Origin: Candidatus Anaeroferrophillacea bacterium
Lineage (GTDB): Bacteria > Desulfobacterota > Anaeroferrophillalia > Anaeroferrophillales > Anaeroferrophillaceae
DNA: 64,000 nucleotides
Reading direction: 5' to 3'
Assembly: GCA_016933675.1 (NCBI GenBank)
Contig: JAFGAM010000075.1
Coordinates: forward strand, 7,822-71,821
The notes below the pieces were generated by a model, which was not told the DNA's origin, made no database searches, and saw nothing but the letters and a program-made list of their open reading frames with translations. The first letter of the stretch is position 1. Every line of letters begins with the position of its first letter. The translations under genes and the position numbers were made by a program. Shown one piece after another: positions 8,921-19,256 of this stretch.

Positions 8921-10099
8921 ATGGAAGAATTTCGCCGTATCAAGCGTCTGCCGCCCTACGTCTTCGCCATCGTCAACGAACTGAAAACGGCGGCCCGGCG
9001 GAGCGGCGAGGACATCGTCGACCTCGGCATGGGCAACCCCGATTTGCCGACCCCCCAGCACATCGTCGACAAGCTGGCGGAGGCCATATACAACCCGAAA
9101 AACCACCGCTACTCGGTATCCAGGGGAATCGAGAAACTGCGCCTGGCAATGGCCAACTGGTACCGCCGGCGCTACGATGTCGAACTGGACCCCGAACGGG
9201 AGATCGTCGCCACCATCGGCGCCAAGGAAGGCCTCTCCCATCTCGCCCTGGCGGTGATCAATTCCGGCGATGTCGTCTTCGTACCCTCGCCGGCCTACCC
9301 CATCCACCCCTATTCGGTGATCATCGCCGGCGGTGACCTGCGTTCCATCCCCCTGGCCCCGGACCGCGACTTCTTCGAGGACCTGCAGATGGCCACCAAG
9401 CTCACCTGGCCGCGACCGAAGCTGGTGATCATCAGCTACCCGCACAACCCGACGACCCAGGTGGCGGATCTCGACTTTTTCAAGCGGATGGTGGACTACG
9501 CCCGCGAGAACGGGATCTACATCGTCCACGACTTCGCCTACGCCGACCTCACCTTCGACGGCTACCGGGCACCATCCATCCTCGAGGTGGACGGTGCCAA
9601 AGACGTGGCGGTGGAGTTTTTCTCGCTCTCCAAGAGCTACAGCATGGCCGGCTGGCGGGTGGGCTTCTGCTGCGGCAACGAGCGCCTGGTTCAGGCCTTG
9701 ACGCGGCTGAAGAGCTATCTCGACTACGGCATCTTCCAGCCCGTCCAGGTCGCCGCCACCGTCGCCCTGAACGCTGACCAGTCCTGTGTCAAGGAGATTG
9801 TCGATATCTACCAGAATCGCCGCGACACCCTCTGCGACGGCCTCGAACGGGTCGGCTGGCCGGTGGAGAAACCGAAGGGAACGATGTTCCTCTGGGCGAA
9901 GATCCCCGAACGTTTCGGCGGCATGGGCTCGCTGGAATTTTCCAAGCTGATGATCCAGGAAGCGAAGGTCGCGGTATCTCCCGGCATCGGCTTCGGCGAA
10001 TACGGCGACGACTACGTCCGCTTCGCCCTGGTGGAGAACGAACACCGCACCCGCCAGGCAATCCGCGGGATAAGGCAGATGCTCCAGCAGCACGAGTAA
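8921..10099 (+). CDS. alaC: class I/II PLP aminotransferase, AlaC-like
   Basis: [49 protein letters not shown]; upstream of hom. Confidence 0.85.
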   Translation: MEEFRRIKRLPPYVFAIVNELKTAARRSGEDIVDLGMGNPDLPTPQHIVDKLAEAIYNPKNHRYSVSRGIEKLRLAMANWYRRRYDVELDPEREIVATIGAKEGLSHLALAVINSGDVVFVPSPAYPIHPYSVIIAGGDLRSIPLAPDRDFFEDLQMATKLTWPRPKLVIISYPHNPTTQVADLDFFKRMVDYARENGIYIVHDFAYADLTFDGYRAPSILEVDGAKDVAVEFFSLSKSYSMAGWRVGFCCGNERLVQALTRLKSYLDYGIFQPVQVAATVALNADQSCVKEIVDIYQNRRDTLCDGLERVGWPVEKPKGTMFLWAKIPERFGGMGSLEFSKLMIQEAKVAVSPGIGFGEYGDDYVRFALVENEHRTRQAIRGIRQMLQQHE

Positions 10100-10125
10100 C
10101 GGCTTCATAACACCGCCACCCATTG

Positions 10126-10225
10126 CTGATGGCGGCGTAACAACTTTCTTTGGTTGCACCGCTGAATGACTCACCACGGCGGACGGTAACGCCGTATTCC
10201 TCGGGTTTTGATGGACTCGCAAAAA
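10126..10225. repeat. degenerate copy of dispersed intergenic repeat family
   Basis: CTGATGGCGGCGTAACAAC identical to 19027-19045; TGATGGACTCGCAAAAA (10209-10225) 16/17 identical to 3864-3880. Confidence 0.6.
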
Positions 10226-10253
10226 CTCGAATTAATGATTGAAAGAGCCTTTC

Positions 10254-11576
10254 ATGAATAAACCATGGGCAGCGATACATGTCGGTCTCATCGGCCTCGG
10301 CACCATCGGCACGGGCGTCGCCCGGGTGCTGCACGAAAACACCGAGGTTATCTCGCGGCGGCTCGGTACCCGGCTGGTTTTAAAGACCATCGCCGACCTC
10401 GACATCACCACCGACCGCGGCATCGATACCACCGGCATCCGCCTGACCACCGATGTCAATGAACTGTTCACCGATGAACGGATCGACATTGTCATCGAGC
10501 TTATCGGCGGCTACGAACCGGCCCGCACCTTCGTCGAACGGGCGCTGGCCGCCGGCAAACACGTGGTCACCGCCAACAAGGCGCTGCTGGCGAAACACGG
10601 CAACGAACTCTTCGCCGTCGCGGCCGAGAACGGCGTCGATCTCTACTACGAGGCCAGCGTCGGCGGCGGCATCCCGATCATCAAGGTGATGCGCGAGGGC
10701 CTACCGGCCAACCGGATCAAATCGCTCAGCGGCATTTTGAACGGTACCTGCAACTACATCCTGACGAAGATGTCGCAGGAAGGCGGGGCCTATGCCGACG
10801 TTCTCGCCGAGGCTCAGGCACTGGGCTACGCCGAGGCCGACCCCACCTTTGATGTCGAGGGCATCGACACCGCCCACAAACTGTCCATCCTCACCGCCCT
10901 CGCCTTCGGCCGCCCAATCGACTACGACGGCGTGTACTGCGAAGGCATCAGCGACATCCAGCCGCTGGACATCGCCTTCGCGCGGGATTTCGGCTACGTC
11001 ATCAAACTGCTGGCCATCGCCCGCATGGTGGAGGATAAAATCGAGTCCCGGGTACATCCGACGATGATCCCCGCGGACCACATGCTGGCCAAGATCGACG
11101 GTGTCTTCAACGCCGTCTACGTCGACGCCGACCGTCTCGGCCCCAGCCTTTACTACGGCCGCGGCGCCGGCATGGATCCCACCGCCAGCGCGGTGGTGGC
11201 CGATATCATCGACATCGGTCGCAATATGCAGACTGAGGGCAGCCGCCGCATCCCCGACCTCGGCTGGCAGCCGGGAGCGGTAAGTGAGTTGCCGTGCCGC
11301 CCCATCGCTGACATTACCACCAATTACTACTTGCGTTTCACCGCCCGCGACCAGCCCGGGGTGCTGTCGGCCATCGCCGGGATTCTCGGCGACAACCAGA
11401 TCAGCATCGCCTCGGTGATCCAGGAGGGGCGCTCCGACGACGGCAGTACGGTACCCATCGTCATGCAGACCCACCCGGCCCGCGAGCGCAACCTGAAGCG
11501 GGCACTGGCGGAAATCGACCGGCTGCCGGCAATCACCGCCCCGACGGTAATCATCCGCATGGAGAATGCTCTCTGA
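10254..11576 (+). CDS. hom: homoserine dehydrogenase with C-terminal ACT domain
   Basis: GLGTIG, HVVTANK, YEASVGGGIP, NGTCNYIL, AEADPTFDVEGIDTAHK, ACT DQPGVL. Confidence 0.95.
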   Translation: MNKPWAAIHVGLIGLGTIGTGVARVLHENTEVISRRLGTRLVLKTIADLDITTDRGIDTTGIRLTTDVNELFTDERIDIVIELIGGYEPARTFVERALAAGKHVVTANKALLAKHGNELFAVAAENGVDLYYEASVGGGIPIIKVMREGLPANRIKSLSGILNGTCNYILTKMSQEGGAYADVLAEAQALGYAEADPTFDVEGIDTAHKLSILTALAFGRPIDYDGVYCEGISDIQPLDIAFARDFGYVIKLLAIARMVEDKIESRVHPTMIPADHMLAKIDGVFNAVYVDADRLGPSLYYGRGAGMDPTASAVVADIIDIGRNMQTEGSRRIPDLGWQPGAVSELPCRPIADITTNYYLRFTARDQPGVLSAIAGILGDNQISIASVIQEGRSDDGSTVPIVMQTHPARERNLKRALAEIDRLPAITAPTVIIRMENAL

Positions 11577-11714
11577 CGGCGTCTCCCGACCGGCTTGCCG
11601 TCGCCGTTTCAAAAAGCAGGAAGATCTTCGGCACGAAATATGTGCGGCACTTGATTGCAGCAATTTTCGTGGCTATATTGTTAGCAATCCCATACTTTTT
11701 TGCACGGTAAAAAC

Positions 11715-11966
11715 ATGAACGATCAGACCCCCGCACCAACCCGCCCTTTAAGTACCATCCACAGCGGCTGCCGCTGTCGGGTCGTCCGCCTCGACGGCGG
11801 CCCGAACATGACCCAGCGCCTGGACAGCATGGGGCTGAGGATCGGCAGCATTGTCAACAAGGTGAGCAACAACCCCTTCCGCGGCCCGGTGGTGTTCCGC
11901 ATCGACCAGACCGAACTGGCCATCGGCTATGGTATGGCCAGCCGCATCATGGTCGAGGAGATCTGA
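11715..11966 (+). CDS. feoA: ferrous iron transport protein A
   Basis: RLDSMGL..G, GPVV, LAIGYGMA..I.VE; TGATG coupling to feoB. Confidence 0.9.
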   Translation: MNDQTPAPTRPLSTIHSGCRCRVVRLDGGPNMTQRLDSMGLRIGSIVNKVSNNPFRGPVVFRIDQTELAIGYGMASRIMVEEI

Positions 11967-13738
11967 TGGAACTGCGGGAGGACATGCGGATTCTCCTGAT
12001 GGGGAATCCCAATGTCGGCAAGAGCGTGGTCTTCAACCGCCTCACCGGTGCCCGGGTGGTGACCGCCAATTATGCCGGAACGACGGTGGAGTACACCGCT
12101 GGAACCGTGGTGTACGAGGGAAAGCACCTGAACATCATCGACGTCCCCGGCACCTACTCCCTTTCCCCCACCTGCCGAGCCGAAGAGGTGGCGGTGGAGA
12201 TGTTTGCCGACGGCGATTTGATCATCAATGTCGCCAACGCCACCAACCTCGAGCGCAACCTGCGCTTCACCCTTGAGCTCATGTGCCAGGGCAAACCCAT
12301 GATCCTGGCCCTCAACCTCTGGGACGAGGCGCGGCATAAGGGAATCCACATCGACGTCGAAGCCCTGGAGCGGGAGCTGGGCATTCCGGTGGTGCCGACG
12401 GTGGCAGTGACCGCCGAAGGGATCAGGGAACTCATCGAGTGCCTGCCCCAGGCCGCTCTGCCGCCGGCCTGGTGCAGCCTGAAAAACGGTGATATCTGGA
12501 AACGTGTAGGGGAGATCATCAACAAGGTGCAGCGGGTCACTCATCGGCACCACACCTGGATCGACCGGCTCGAGGATCTCAGCATCAAACCGCTGACCGG
12601 CCTGCCCCTGGCCCTGCTGGTACTGGCCGCCGCCTTCACGGTGATCCGCTTCATCGGCGAAGGACTCATCGGCCACGTCTTCGACCCCTTCTTCGAGGAG
12701 ATCTACCGGCCGTTCATCGTCAAAACGGTAAACTACGCCTTTCCGAGCGGCATGATCCACGATCTGCTGCTGGGCACGACGCCGGATTTTGTCGAATCTC
12801 TCGGCCTCTTGACCACCGGCATCTATGTGCCGGTGGCGATGGTCCTGCCCTACGTGTTCAGCTTCTACATGGTGCTTGGCTTCCTCGAAGATTTCGGCTA
12901 CCTGCCCCGGTTCGCGGTACTGGTGGATACCTTCATGCACCGCATCGGCCTGCACGGTTTCGCCATCGTGCCGATGATCCTCGGGCTTGGTTGCAACGTC
13001 CCCGGCGCGCTGGCGACCCGGATCCTGGAAAGCACGCGAGAAAAGTTCATTGCCGGCACCCTGATGGCCATCGCCGTCCCCTGTATGGCCCAGACGGCGA
13101 TGATCATCGGCCTTGTCGGTCCCCACGGCATCGCCTACGTGCTGCTCATCTACGGCATCCTGGCGGTGGTGGCGCTGGTCATCGGCACGATTCTCAATCG
13201 CCTCATCCCGGGCTACAGCCCGGAGATATTTCTCGAGGTACCATCCTACCACCTGCCCCACTTCAGCACCCTGATGAAGAAACTCTGGCAGCGGATCAGG
13301 AGCTTTCTCATGGAAGCGATCCCGCTGGTGCTGGTCGGCATCCTGCTGATGAACCTGCTCTTCCAGCTCGGCGTCATCGCCTGGCTGGCACGGGTATCGC
13401 GGCCGGTGGTAGTGGGGCTTATGGGACTGCCGGGGGAAGCGGTTTCTTCCCTGGTCATCGGCTTCCTGCGCAAGGACGTGGCGGTGGGCATGCTCGAACC
13501 CCTGGGGATGTCGGTCAAGCAGCTGGTCATCGCCTGCTCGGTGTTGTCGATCTACTTCCCCTGCGTCGCCACCTTCGCGGTGCTGGTGCAGGAACTGGGG
13601 GTGAAGCTGATGCTCTTGGCGAGCATCATCATGGTGGGTACCGCGATTATCGTCGGCACCCTGCTGAATCTGATGCTGCCGGAGCTGGCAACGGTGGCGC
13701 CGCTGGCGTCGTTGACGTTGCTGACTGCCGCCTTCTGA
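11966..13738 (+). CDS. feoB: ferrous iron transporter FeoB
   Basis: G-domain GNPNVGKS, NYAGTTVE, DVPGTYSL, NLWD; membrane motifs LEDFGYLPR, GLGCNVP, PCMA, YFPCVAT. Confidence 0.92.
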   Translation: MELREDMRILLMGNPNVGKSVVFNRLTGARVVTANYAGTTVEYTAGTVVYEGKHLNIIDVPGTYSLSPTCRAEEVAVEMFADGDLIINVANATNLERNLRFTLELMCQGKPMILALNLWDEARHKGIHIDVEALERELGIPVVPTVAVTAEGIRELIECLPQAALPPAWCSLKNGDIWKRVGEIINKVQRVTHRHHTWIDRLEDLSIKPLTGLPLALLVLAAAFTVIRFIGEGLIGHVFDPFFEEIYRPFIVKTVNYAFPSGMIHDLLLGTTPDFVESLGLLTTGIYVPVAMVLPYVFSFYMVLGFLEDFGYLPRFAVLVDTFMHRIGLHGFAIVPMILGLGCNVPGALATRILESTREKFIAGTLMAIAVPCMAQTAMIIGLVGPHGIAYVLLIYGILAVVALVIGTILNRLIPGYSPEIFLEVPSYHLPHFSTLMKKLWQRIRSFLMEAIPLVLVGILLMNLLFQLGVIAWLARVSRPVVVGLMGLPGEAVSSLVIGFLRKDVAVGMLEPLGMSVKQLVIACSVLSIYFPCVATFAVLVQELGVKLMLLASIIMVGTAIIVGTLLNLMLPELATVAPLASLTLLTAAF

Positions 13739-13882
13739 ACCCCCTGGCGTCAGTACGCCGCGAACCTTAAACGGTTACGCCGCCACCCGGTTTGCCCGCA
13801 TTGCGGCAATTACCACGGTTTTATCGGCACCGCGGCAGGAGAGCCGCTTGCGAAGCCGTCACTGACCAAGGATAGCAGTCAC

Positions 13883-14743
13883 ATGGAAGACCGTCCCGTC
13901 ACCCTTGCCTACAGCGTCGATGCCGACGACCTGTTCATGTTCTACGCCCTGCTGGAAGGAAAGATCGACCCCGGCGGGCTCACCTTCGAGCACCGGCGCC
14001 ACGATACCATGACCCTCAATCGAACGGCACTCGCGGCAGCGGTGGACATCACCGCGGTATCGATCCACGCCTACGCCCACCTGGCGGACCACTACCTCAT
14101 GCTGCCCCACGGCGGCAGCATCGGGGTCAACTACGGGCCGCTGGTACTGGCCCGCGAACCGCTTGCCGCTACCGACCTCGCCGGCCGGCGCGTCTCCATT
14201 CCGGGGAAACTGACCACCGCAGCCCTGACCTTCCGCCTGATCTGTCCCGACTTTGACGAACGCATCATCCCCATCACGCCATTCGAACGCACCTTCGAGG
14301 CGCTTTTCACCGGCGAGGTAGACGCCGCGGTGGTAATTCACGAGGGCAATCTGACCTACGAACAGCGGGGTTTTCACCGGGTGCTGGATCTTGGTGCCTG
14401 GTGGTGGGAGGAAACCGGTCTGCCGCTGCCGCTGGGCGGCAACGTCATCCGCCGCGGCCTGGGAATGGAGCGCATCGCCCGCATCTCCGCCCTGCTCAGG
14501 CGCTCCATCGCTTACGCCCTGGAACATCGTGAAGAGGTGATGGACTACCTGCTGGCGCGGGAGACGAGACAAGACGAAGCGCTCAAAAGCCGCCGGCTGC
14601 TGGATACCTACCTGTCGCTCTATGCCAACCGCGACACGCTGGAATACCCGCCGGCGGCACTGGAAGGCATGCGCGAACTCTTCCGCCGCGGCACCGCGGC
14701 GGGCATCATCCCCCATCCGGTAGATATCGAACTGGCGCCGTGA
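13883..14743 (+). CDS. mqnD: 1,4-dihydroxy-6-naphthoate synthase (futalosine menaquinone pathway)
   Basis: S.DADDLFMFYAL, YGPLV, PGKLTTA, IHEG, DLGAWW.EETGLPLPLGGN, LYAN. Confidence 0.88.
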   Translation: MEDRPVTLAYSVDADDLFMFYALLEGKIDPGGLTFEHRRHDTMTLNRTALAAAVDITAVSIHAYAHLADHYLMLPHGGSIGVNYGPLVLAREPLAATDLAGRRVSIPGKLTTAALTFRLICPDFDERIIPITPFERTFEALFTGEVDAAVVIHEGNLTYEQRGFHRVLDLGAWWWEETGLPLPLGGNVIRRGLGMERIARISALLRRSIAYALEHREEVMDYLLARETRQDEALKSRRLLDTYLSLYANRDTLEYPPAALEGMRELFRRGTAAGIIPHPVDIELAP

Positions 14744-14857
14744 TCACATGCCTCGCGAGTTGCTGGCTGCTTCTGGATGCGTCACCACGGTAGCCAGCGC
14801 TCAAGGGCTCTGACCCCTTTTCTTTTTTACCGGAGCTAGAAAAAAGGGGCACCAAGA

Positions 14858-16108
14858 ATGTACGATTTCCTCCTTACCGACGAACAGCTTGCCCTGCGTG
14901 ACGAGGTTCGCGCCCTGGTGGACTGGGTACCGCGGGACATGATCCTCGACATGGACGCCGACCGCATCCAGTTCCCGCAGGAATTTCTCCGCGAGGCTGG
15001 GCGCCGCAATCTCATGGGCTGCCGCTACCCGAAGGAATGGGGCGGCCGCGGCCTGGACTGGGTTGCCACCGCCATGGTGATGGAGGAGGTGGGCACCCTG
15101 GGCTACATCTTCGCCTGCATCTTCGGCGTCGGCGCCGAGCTGGTATGTGACGCCATCATTCAGCACGGCACCGACCGGCTGAAGGAGAAATACGTCCGCC
15201 CGCTGCTGGCCGGCGAGATCTTCGCCGCCGAATGTCTCACCGAGCCCCGCGGCGGCTCCGACTTCTTCGGCACCGCCACCACCGCAACGGAAGCCGGCGG
15301 CGGCTTCCTCCTCAACGGCCAGAAACGCTTCATCGTCGGCGCCGAAGGGGCAGACTATTTTCTCGTCTATGCCCGCACCGATTCCGACCCGCAGGCCGAC
15401 CCCCGCAAGGCACTGACCGCCTTCATCGTCGACCGCGGCCCGGGGGTGGGGGTGGAATACCTCTACGGCCTCATGGGCAGCCGCGGCGGCGGCGCCGGCC
15501 GGGTGGTGTTCAAGAATGTCGAGGTGCCACGGGAGAACATCGTCGGTACCTTTAACGGCGCCTACCCGGTATTCAACACCATGATGATCCCCGAACGCCT
15601 GGGCACCGCGGCGATGACCATCGGCGCCGCCCGCCCGGCCCTGGAAGTGGCAACCTCCTACACCTCCCGGCGCCGGGCCTTCGGGCAGCCGGTGAACCGC
15701 TTCCAGGGGGTTTCGTTCCAGATCGCCGAGGCGGCGACCCTGCTGGACGCCTGCCGCGCGATGATTTTTACCACCTGCCGCGCGGTGGACGCCGGCGGCG
15801 ATGAAAACCGCGTCCGCCGGCTGATCAGCGAAACCAAGAAGTTCGTCACCGAGTCCTGCCAGCGGGCCGCGGACCACGCCCTGCAAGTGATGGGCGGCAT
15901 CGGCTACACCAACATCTTCCCGGTGGAGCGCATCGTCCGCGACCTGCGGCTGGCCTCCATCTGGACCGGCACCAACGAGGTGATGGCAATGATCACCGCC
16001 CACGAGTGGTACCGTGAACACGCGCGGCGAAGCGCCGCCGGCCAGGGCCGCAACCACGAGCTGGACGCCGCCGAGGCCGAGGCCCGGGACGAAAAGATCT
16101 ACGAATAA
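14858..16108 (+). CDS. acyl-CoA dehydrogenase
   Basis: CLTEPRGGSD, LNGQKRFI, R.AFGQP..FQ, QVMGGIGY, RDLRL..IWTGTNEV. Confidence 0.92.
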   Translation: MYDFLLTDEQLALRDEVRALVDWVPRDMILDMDADRIQFPQEFLREAGRRNLMGCRYPKEWGGRGLDWVATAMVMEEVGTLGYIFACIFGVGAELVCDAIIQHGTDRLKEKYVRPLLAGEIFAAECLTEPRGGSDFFGTATTATEAGGGFLLNGQKRFIVGAEGADYFLVYARTDSDPQADPRKALTAFIVDRGPGVGVEYLYGLMGSRGGGAGRVVFKNVEVPRENIVGTFNGAYPVFNTMMIPERLGTAAMTIGAARPALEVATSYTSRRRAFGQPVNRFQGVSFQIAEAATLLDACRAMIFTTCRAVDAGGDENRVRRLISETKKFVTESCQRAADHALQVMGGIGYTNIFPVERIVRDLRLASIWTGTNEVMAMITAHEWYREHARRSAAGQGRNHELDAAEAEARDEKIYE

Positions 16109-16185
16109 TCCGTTTCAGTCGCCGGCGCCGGCCGCCGATATACCAACAGACGCCACCGCCGGATTGCAGCTGCCTGAAGCCTGGA

Positions 16186-16251
16186 CGAATTCTCTTTCCA
16201 CCAAACTGTCAGGTAGCGAATTCCCTTTCCACCGAGCTGACAGGTAGCGAA
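16186..16251. repeat. 31-bp tandem direct repeat (2 copies plus CGAA) upstream of diguanylate cyclase
   Basis: CGAATTCTCTTTCCACCAAACTGTCAGGTAG / CGAATTCCCTTTCCACCGAGCTGACAGGTAG, 27/31 identical. Confidence 0.85.
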
Positions 16252-16277
16252 GATAATAACGTCACTATTTCTGGCCC

Positions 16278-17117
16278 ATGACCGAATCACAGAACATCCC
16301 CGTCCTGCTCATCCAGCTGATGGTTTTTTCCGGTGCCACCCTGCTGGTGCTGGGCCTGCTGCCGTTGCATCAGCTCATCGGTCAGCTGGTGCCCGGTCCC
16401 ATCCGCATCCGCTGGCGGGTTCTCGGCATCCTGATCATCTTCTTCATCGGCGGTTATCTCGTCTACGGCTTTTCCATGAGCCATACCTGCAACAATACCC
16501 TGGACCTGCTGGTGCCGGCGGTTTTCTTTTTCGGCAGCCTGTTCGTCTTCCTGGTCACCAGCCTGTCGCTGCAGACGGCCCAGGATTTCAAACGGCTGGC
16601 GACACTTGAAAAGGAAAACATCACCGACCCCCTGACCGGTATCTACAACCGGCGCTATCTCGACCAGCGACTGCAGGAGGAAGTCGCCAAATCCCAGCGC
16701 TACAGCATGCCGCTGGCAATCCTGCTGCTGGATCTCGACCATTTCAAGAAGGTCAACGACCAGCACGGACACCAGACCGGCGATCAGATCCTCACCGGCA
16801 TCGGCGATTTGATCCTGCGCACCGTCCGCGAGGTGGATGTCGTCGCCCGCTACGGCGGCGAGGAATTCGTCATCATCGCCCCCAACACCCAGTGTTACGC
16901 CGCCATTCATTTGGCCGAGCGACTGCGGCAGCGCATCGAGGAAACCGCTTTCACCACCGGTCAGGCGGGCCGCTCGATTCGGATGACCACCTCCATCGGG
17001 GTTGCCTGTTTCAATGTCCATCAGCGCACCACCGTGGAAGAGCTGGTGCGGGATGCCGACAAGGCTCTCTACGCGGCGAAGAACGGCGGCCGCAACCAGG
17101 TAGTGGCCTACCAGTAG
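16278..17117 (+). CDS. membrane-anchored diguanylate cyclase
   Basis: Three N-terminal TM helices; TDPLTGIYNRR, DLDHFKKVND.HGH..GD, RxxD I-site (REVD), RYGGEEF, ALYAAK..GRN. Confidence 0.93.
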   Translation: MTESQNIPVLLIQLMVFSGATLLVLGLLPLHQLIGQLVPGPIRIRWRVLGILIIFFIGGYLVYGFSMSHTCNNTLDLLVPAVFFFGSLFVFLVTSLSLQTAQDFKRLATLEKENITDPLTGIYNRRYLDQRLQEEVAKSQRYSMPLAILLLDLDHFKKVNDQHGHQTGDQILTGIGDLILRTVREVDVVARYGGEEFVIIAPNTQCYAAIHLAERLRQRIEETAFTTGQAGRSIRMTTSIGVACFNVHQRTTVEELVRDADKALYAAKNGGRNQVVAYQ

Positions 17118-17337
17118 CATTCGGGTACCGGTCGGCACCCACGGGCATCCTCCCGGACAAATTCGGCCATCCCGATCCCGGCATGTCGCCGCCATTCGCG
17201 AACGGCCGGTAAAATTTGTCCCGAATCGGGTTGACACCGGCCCCTGGGCACATTACATACGTTGGTACAGGTTGCCGAGGCGCCCCCCGCACCGCGGCAT
17301 TTGCGCCTGCCGGCGCTGTTGCCGCGCCGGCAAGGTC

Positions 17338-17480
17338 GATGGCTTCGTGACAACTTTGTCTTCCCGGTGGCGCCGCCGCCCGAGGTGTTCGGCGTACAGC
17401 TGCGTACGCTCACGCCGCCGGTACGGAAGCGCCGCGAATCCGGCGCGGGCGACCGGCCAGTCGCCCGTACGGTGCCGTCA
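17338..17480. repeat. degenerate copy of dispersed intergenic repeat family
   Basis: Starts GATGGCTTCGTGACAAC; GGAAGCGCCGCGAATC (17425-17440) identical to 19148-19163; end GTACGGTGCCGTC is the exact reverse complement of 24056-24068. Confidence 0.6.
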
Positions 17481-17566
17481 GGATTGAGCTCATCAGACCA
17501 TGGGAATCACCGGATATCGGGATCACCGGAAATCAGCAGGCATGAAACTGCCGGAAAGGAATCGAC

Positions 17567-18103
17567 ATGGCGAAGAAGTCGCGGGAAAAACGTGTGGAGG
17601 CGGTAATCGAGGTACTGAACAAGGCGCGGGAGATGGAATTGCAGGCCATCGGCCAGTACATGAACCATCACTACGCTCTGGACGACATGGACTACGGCGA
17701 ACTGGCTGCCAAGATGAAGCTCATCGCCATCGACGAGATGCGGCATGCCGAGATGTTCGCCGAACGCATCAAGGAGCTGGGTGGCGAGCCGTCAACCGAC
17801 ATGGCCGACAAGGTCATCAAAGGTCAGCCCTTCGCCGAGATCTTCCCCTTCGACACCAGGCTGGAAGACGACACGGTGGCGATTTACAGTGACTTCCTGC
17901 TTACCTGCCGGGAGAACGGTGATTCCATCTCGATGAAGATTTTTGAGCAGATTATCGCCGAGGAACAGATCCACATGAACTATTTTGACAATGTCGCCAG
18001 CCACATCGAGAAGCTTGGTGACGCCTACCTGGCACGCATCGCCGGGACCCCGGCGTCCACCGGCGGCACCACCAAAGGCTTCGTCATCGGCGGCGCGGAA
18101 TAG
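17567..18103 (+). CDS. bfr: bacterioferritin
   Basis: Ferroxidase motifs ELQAI.QY..H, IDEMRHAE (heme Met), EEQIH; Desulfovibrio-like C-terminus IAGTPASTG..KGFV. Confidence 0.92.
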   Translation: MAKKSREKRVEAVIEVLNKAREMELQAIGQYMNHHYALDDMDYGELAAKMKLIAIDEMRHAEMFAERIKELGGEPSTDMADKVIKGQPFAEIFPFDTRLEDDTVAIYSDFLLTCRENGDSISMKIFEQIIAEEQIHMNYFDNVASHIEKLGDAYLARIAGTPASTGGTTKGFVIGGAE

Positions 18104-18183
18104 CTGTTCCGACCGCACGGCTTGCAGCCACCCGCCGTTTCAGCGACGACAACCGGCGGCACGGCAAAAATCAGTCACACAAC

Positions 18184-18220
18184 GGGGGGACGGCAAAACA
18201 TCGTCCCCCCCTGTTTAATT
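18184..18220 (+). terminator. intrinsic terminator between convergent bfr and livF
   Basis: Stem GGGGGGACG / CGTCCCCCC, 9-nt loop, followed by CTGTTTAATT. Confidence 0.65.
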
Positions 18221-18305
18221 GGTGCGGGGATCGCCACGACACCGGTCGCAACCACGGGTACACCCTCTTCCCCCGGCCGTCTCCCAGGTTCGACCCGCCC
18301 CGGCC

Positions 18306-19004
18306 TCATACCGCCAGGTAGCGGTTGCGGATACCCTCGTCAGCCAGTAACTCGGCGGCGGTGCCGGCGTAGCACACCGCCCCCTTGTCGATGATGTAGG
18401 CGCGGTCGCTGATGCCGAGGGCGAAGTGGGCGTTCTGCTCGGCAAGCAGGATGGGGATATCGCCCTTGAGGGCCGCGATGATCTCGCCGAGGTTCTCGAC
18501 GATCACCGGCGCCAGTCCCTCACAGGGTTCATCCAGCAGCAGCACCCGGGGATTACCGGCCAGCGCCCGGGCGATGGCCAGCATCTGCTGCTCGCCGCCG
18601 CTCATGGCGCCGCCCTTGCGATGGCGCAGCTGCGGCAGCAATGGGAAGGTGCTGAACAACCGCTCCATGGTCCACGGTTCCCGTCCGGCCCGGGCCGGGA
18701 GCATCGCCACCTCGAGGTTCTCCGTCACCGTCAGATCGGGAAAGATCCGCCGGTCCTCGGGGACGAAACCGATGCCGCGGCGCACGTTGGCATATACCGG
18801 CTGGCCGCTGATCACCTCGCCGGCGAAAACCACGGTACCGCGGGCCGGCGGGTTGTAGCCGACGATGCTGCGCATGGTGGTGGTTTTGCCGGCGCCGTTG
18901 CGCCCCAGCAGGGCGACAATCTCGCCGCCGTTCAGCGCCAGGCTCACCCCCTGCAGGATGTAGCTTTCGCCGTAATAGACGTGGATATCGGATACTTCGA
19001 TCAT
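18306..19004 (-). CDS. livF: branched-chain amino acid-type ABC transporter ATPase (LivF-like)
   Basis: GRNGAGKTT, VPEDRRIF, MSGGEQQMLAIARAL, LLLDEP.EGLAP, EQN. Confidence 0.88.
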   Translation of the reverse strand: MIEVSDIHVYYGESYILQGVSLALNGGEIVALLGRNGAGKTTTMRSIVGYNPPARGTVVFAGEVISGQPVYANVRRGIGFVPEDRRIFPDLTVTENLEVAMLPARAGREPWTMERLFSTFPLLPQLRHRKGGAMSGGEQQMLAIARALAGNPRVLLLDEPCEGLAPVIVENLGEIIAALKGDIPILLAEQNAHFALGISDRAYIIDKGAVCYAGTAAELLADEGIRNRYLAV

Positions 19005-19026
19005 AGACAATTACCGTTGTCAATGC

Positions 19027-19200
19027 CTGATGGCGGCGTAACAACACCATCTTCTTCGTTGCCTGCCGGGGCCTGCCGCAGGCCGGCAGGCACTGCACCG
19101 CCTGAACCACGACGGGGTACTTCGATGTGTGCCCGCTCCTCAGATGAGGAAGCGCCGCGAATCAGTTGACGGGAGCACGGCGCGTCGCACCCCGGCGGTA
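19027..19200. repeat. degenerate copy of dispersed intergenic repeat family inserted between livG and livF
   Basis: Shares exact 19-mer with 10126, exact 16-mer with 17425, and 17/18 with the reverse complement of 24145-24162. Confidence 0.6.
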
Positions 19201-19256
19201 CCTATCCCGTTTCGCCTTTTCGGCAACCTTTCCGGCGCCAGCGGCACAGCGGTCAT

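Noticed and set aside
8588-10222. 544-aa minus-strand ORF
   Set aside because: Antisense shadow of alaC.
11640-11700. Fur box or sigma54 promoter before feoA
   Set aside because: No convincing Fur palindrome; GGCAC-TTGA-TTGC is one base short of sigma54 spacing.
16186-16251. Possible CRISPR array
   Set aside because: Copies are contiguous with no spacers and no cas genes; same for the two-copy repeat at 53393-53451.
18030-18103. Encapsulin targeting peptide on bacterioferritin
   Set aside because: Tail matches the ordinary Desulfovibrio-type Bfr C-terminus; no encapsulin gene in the window.
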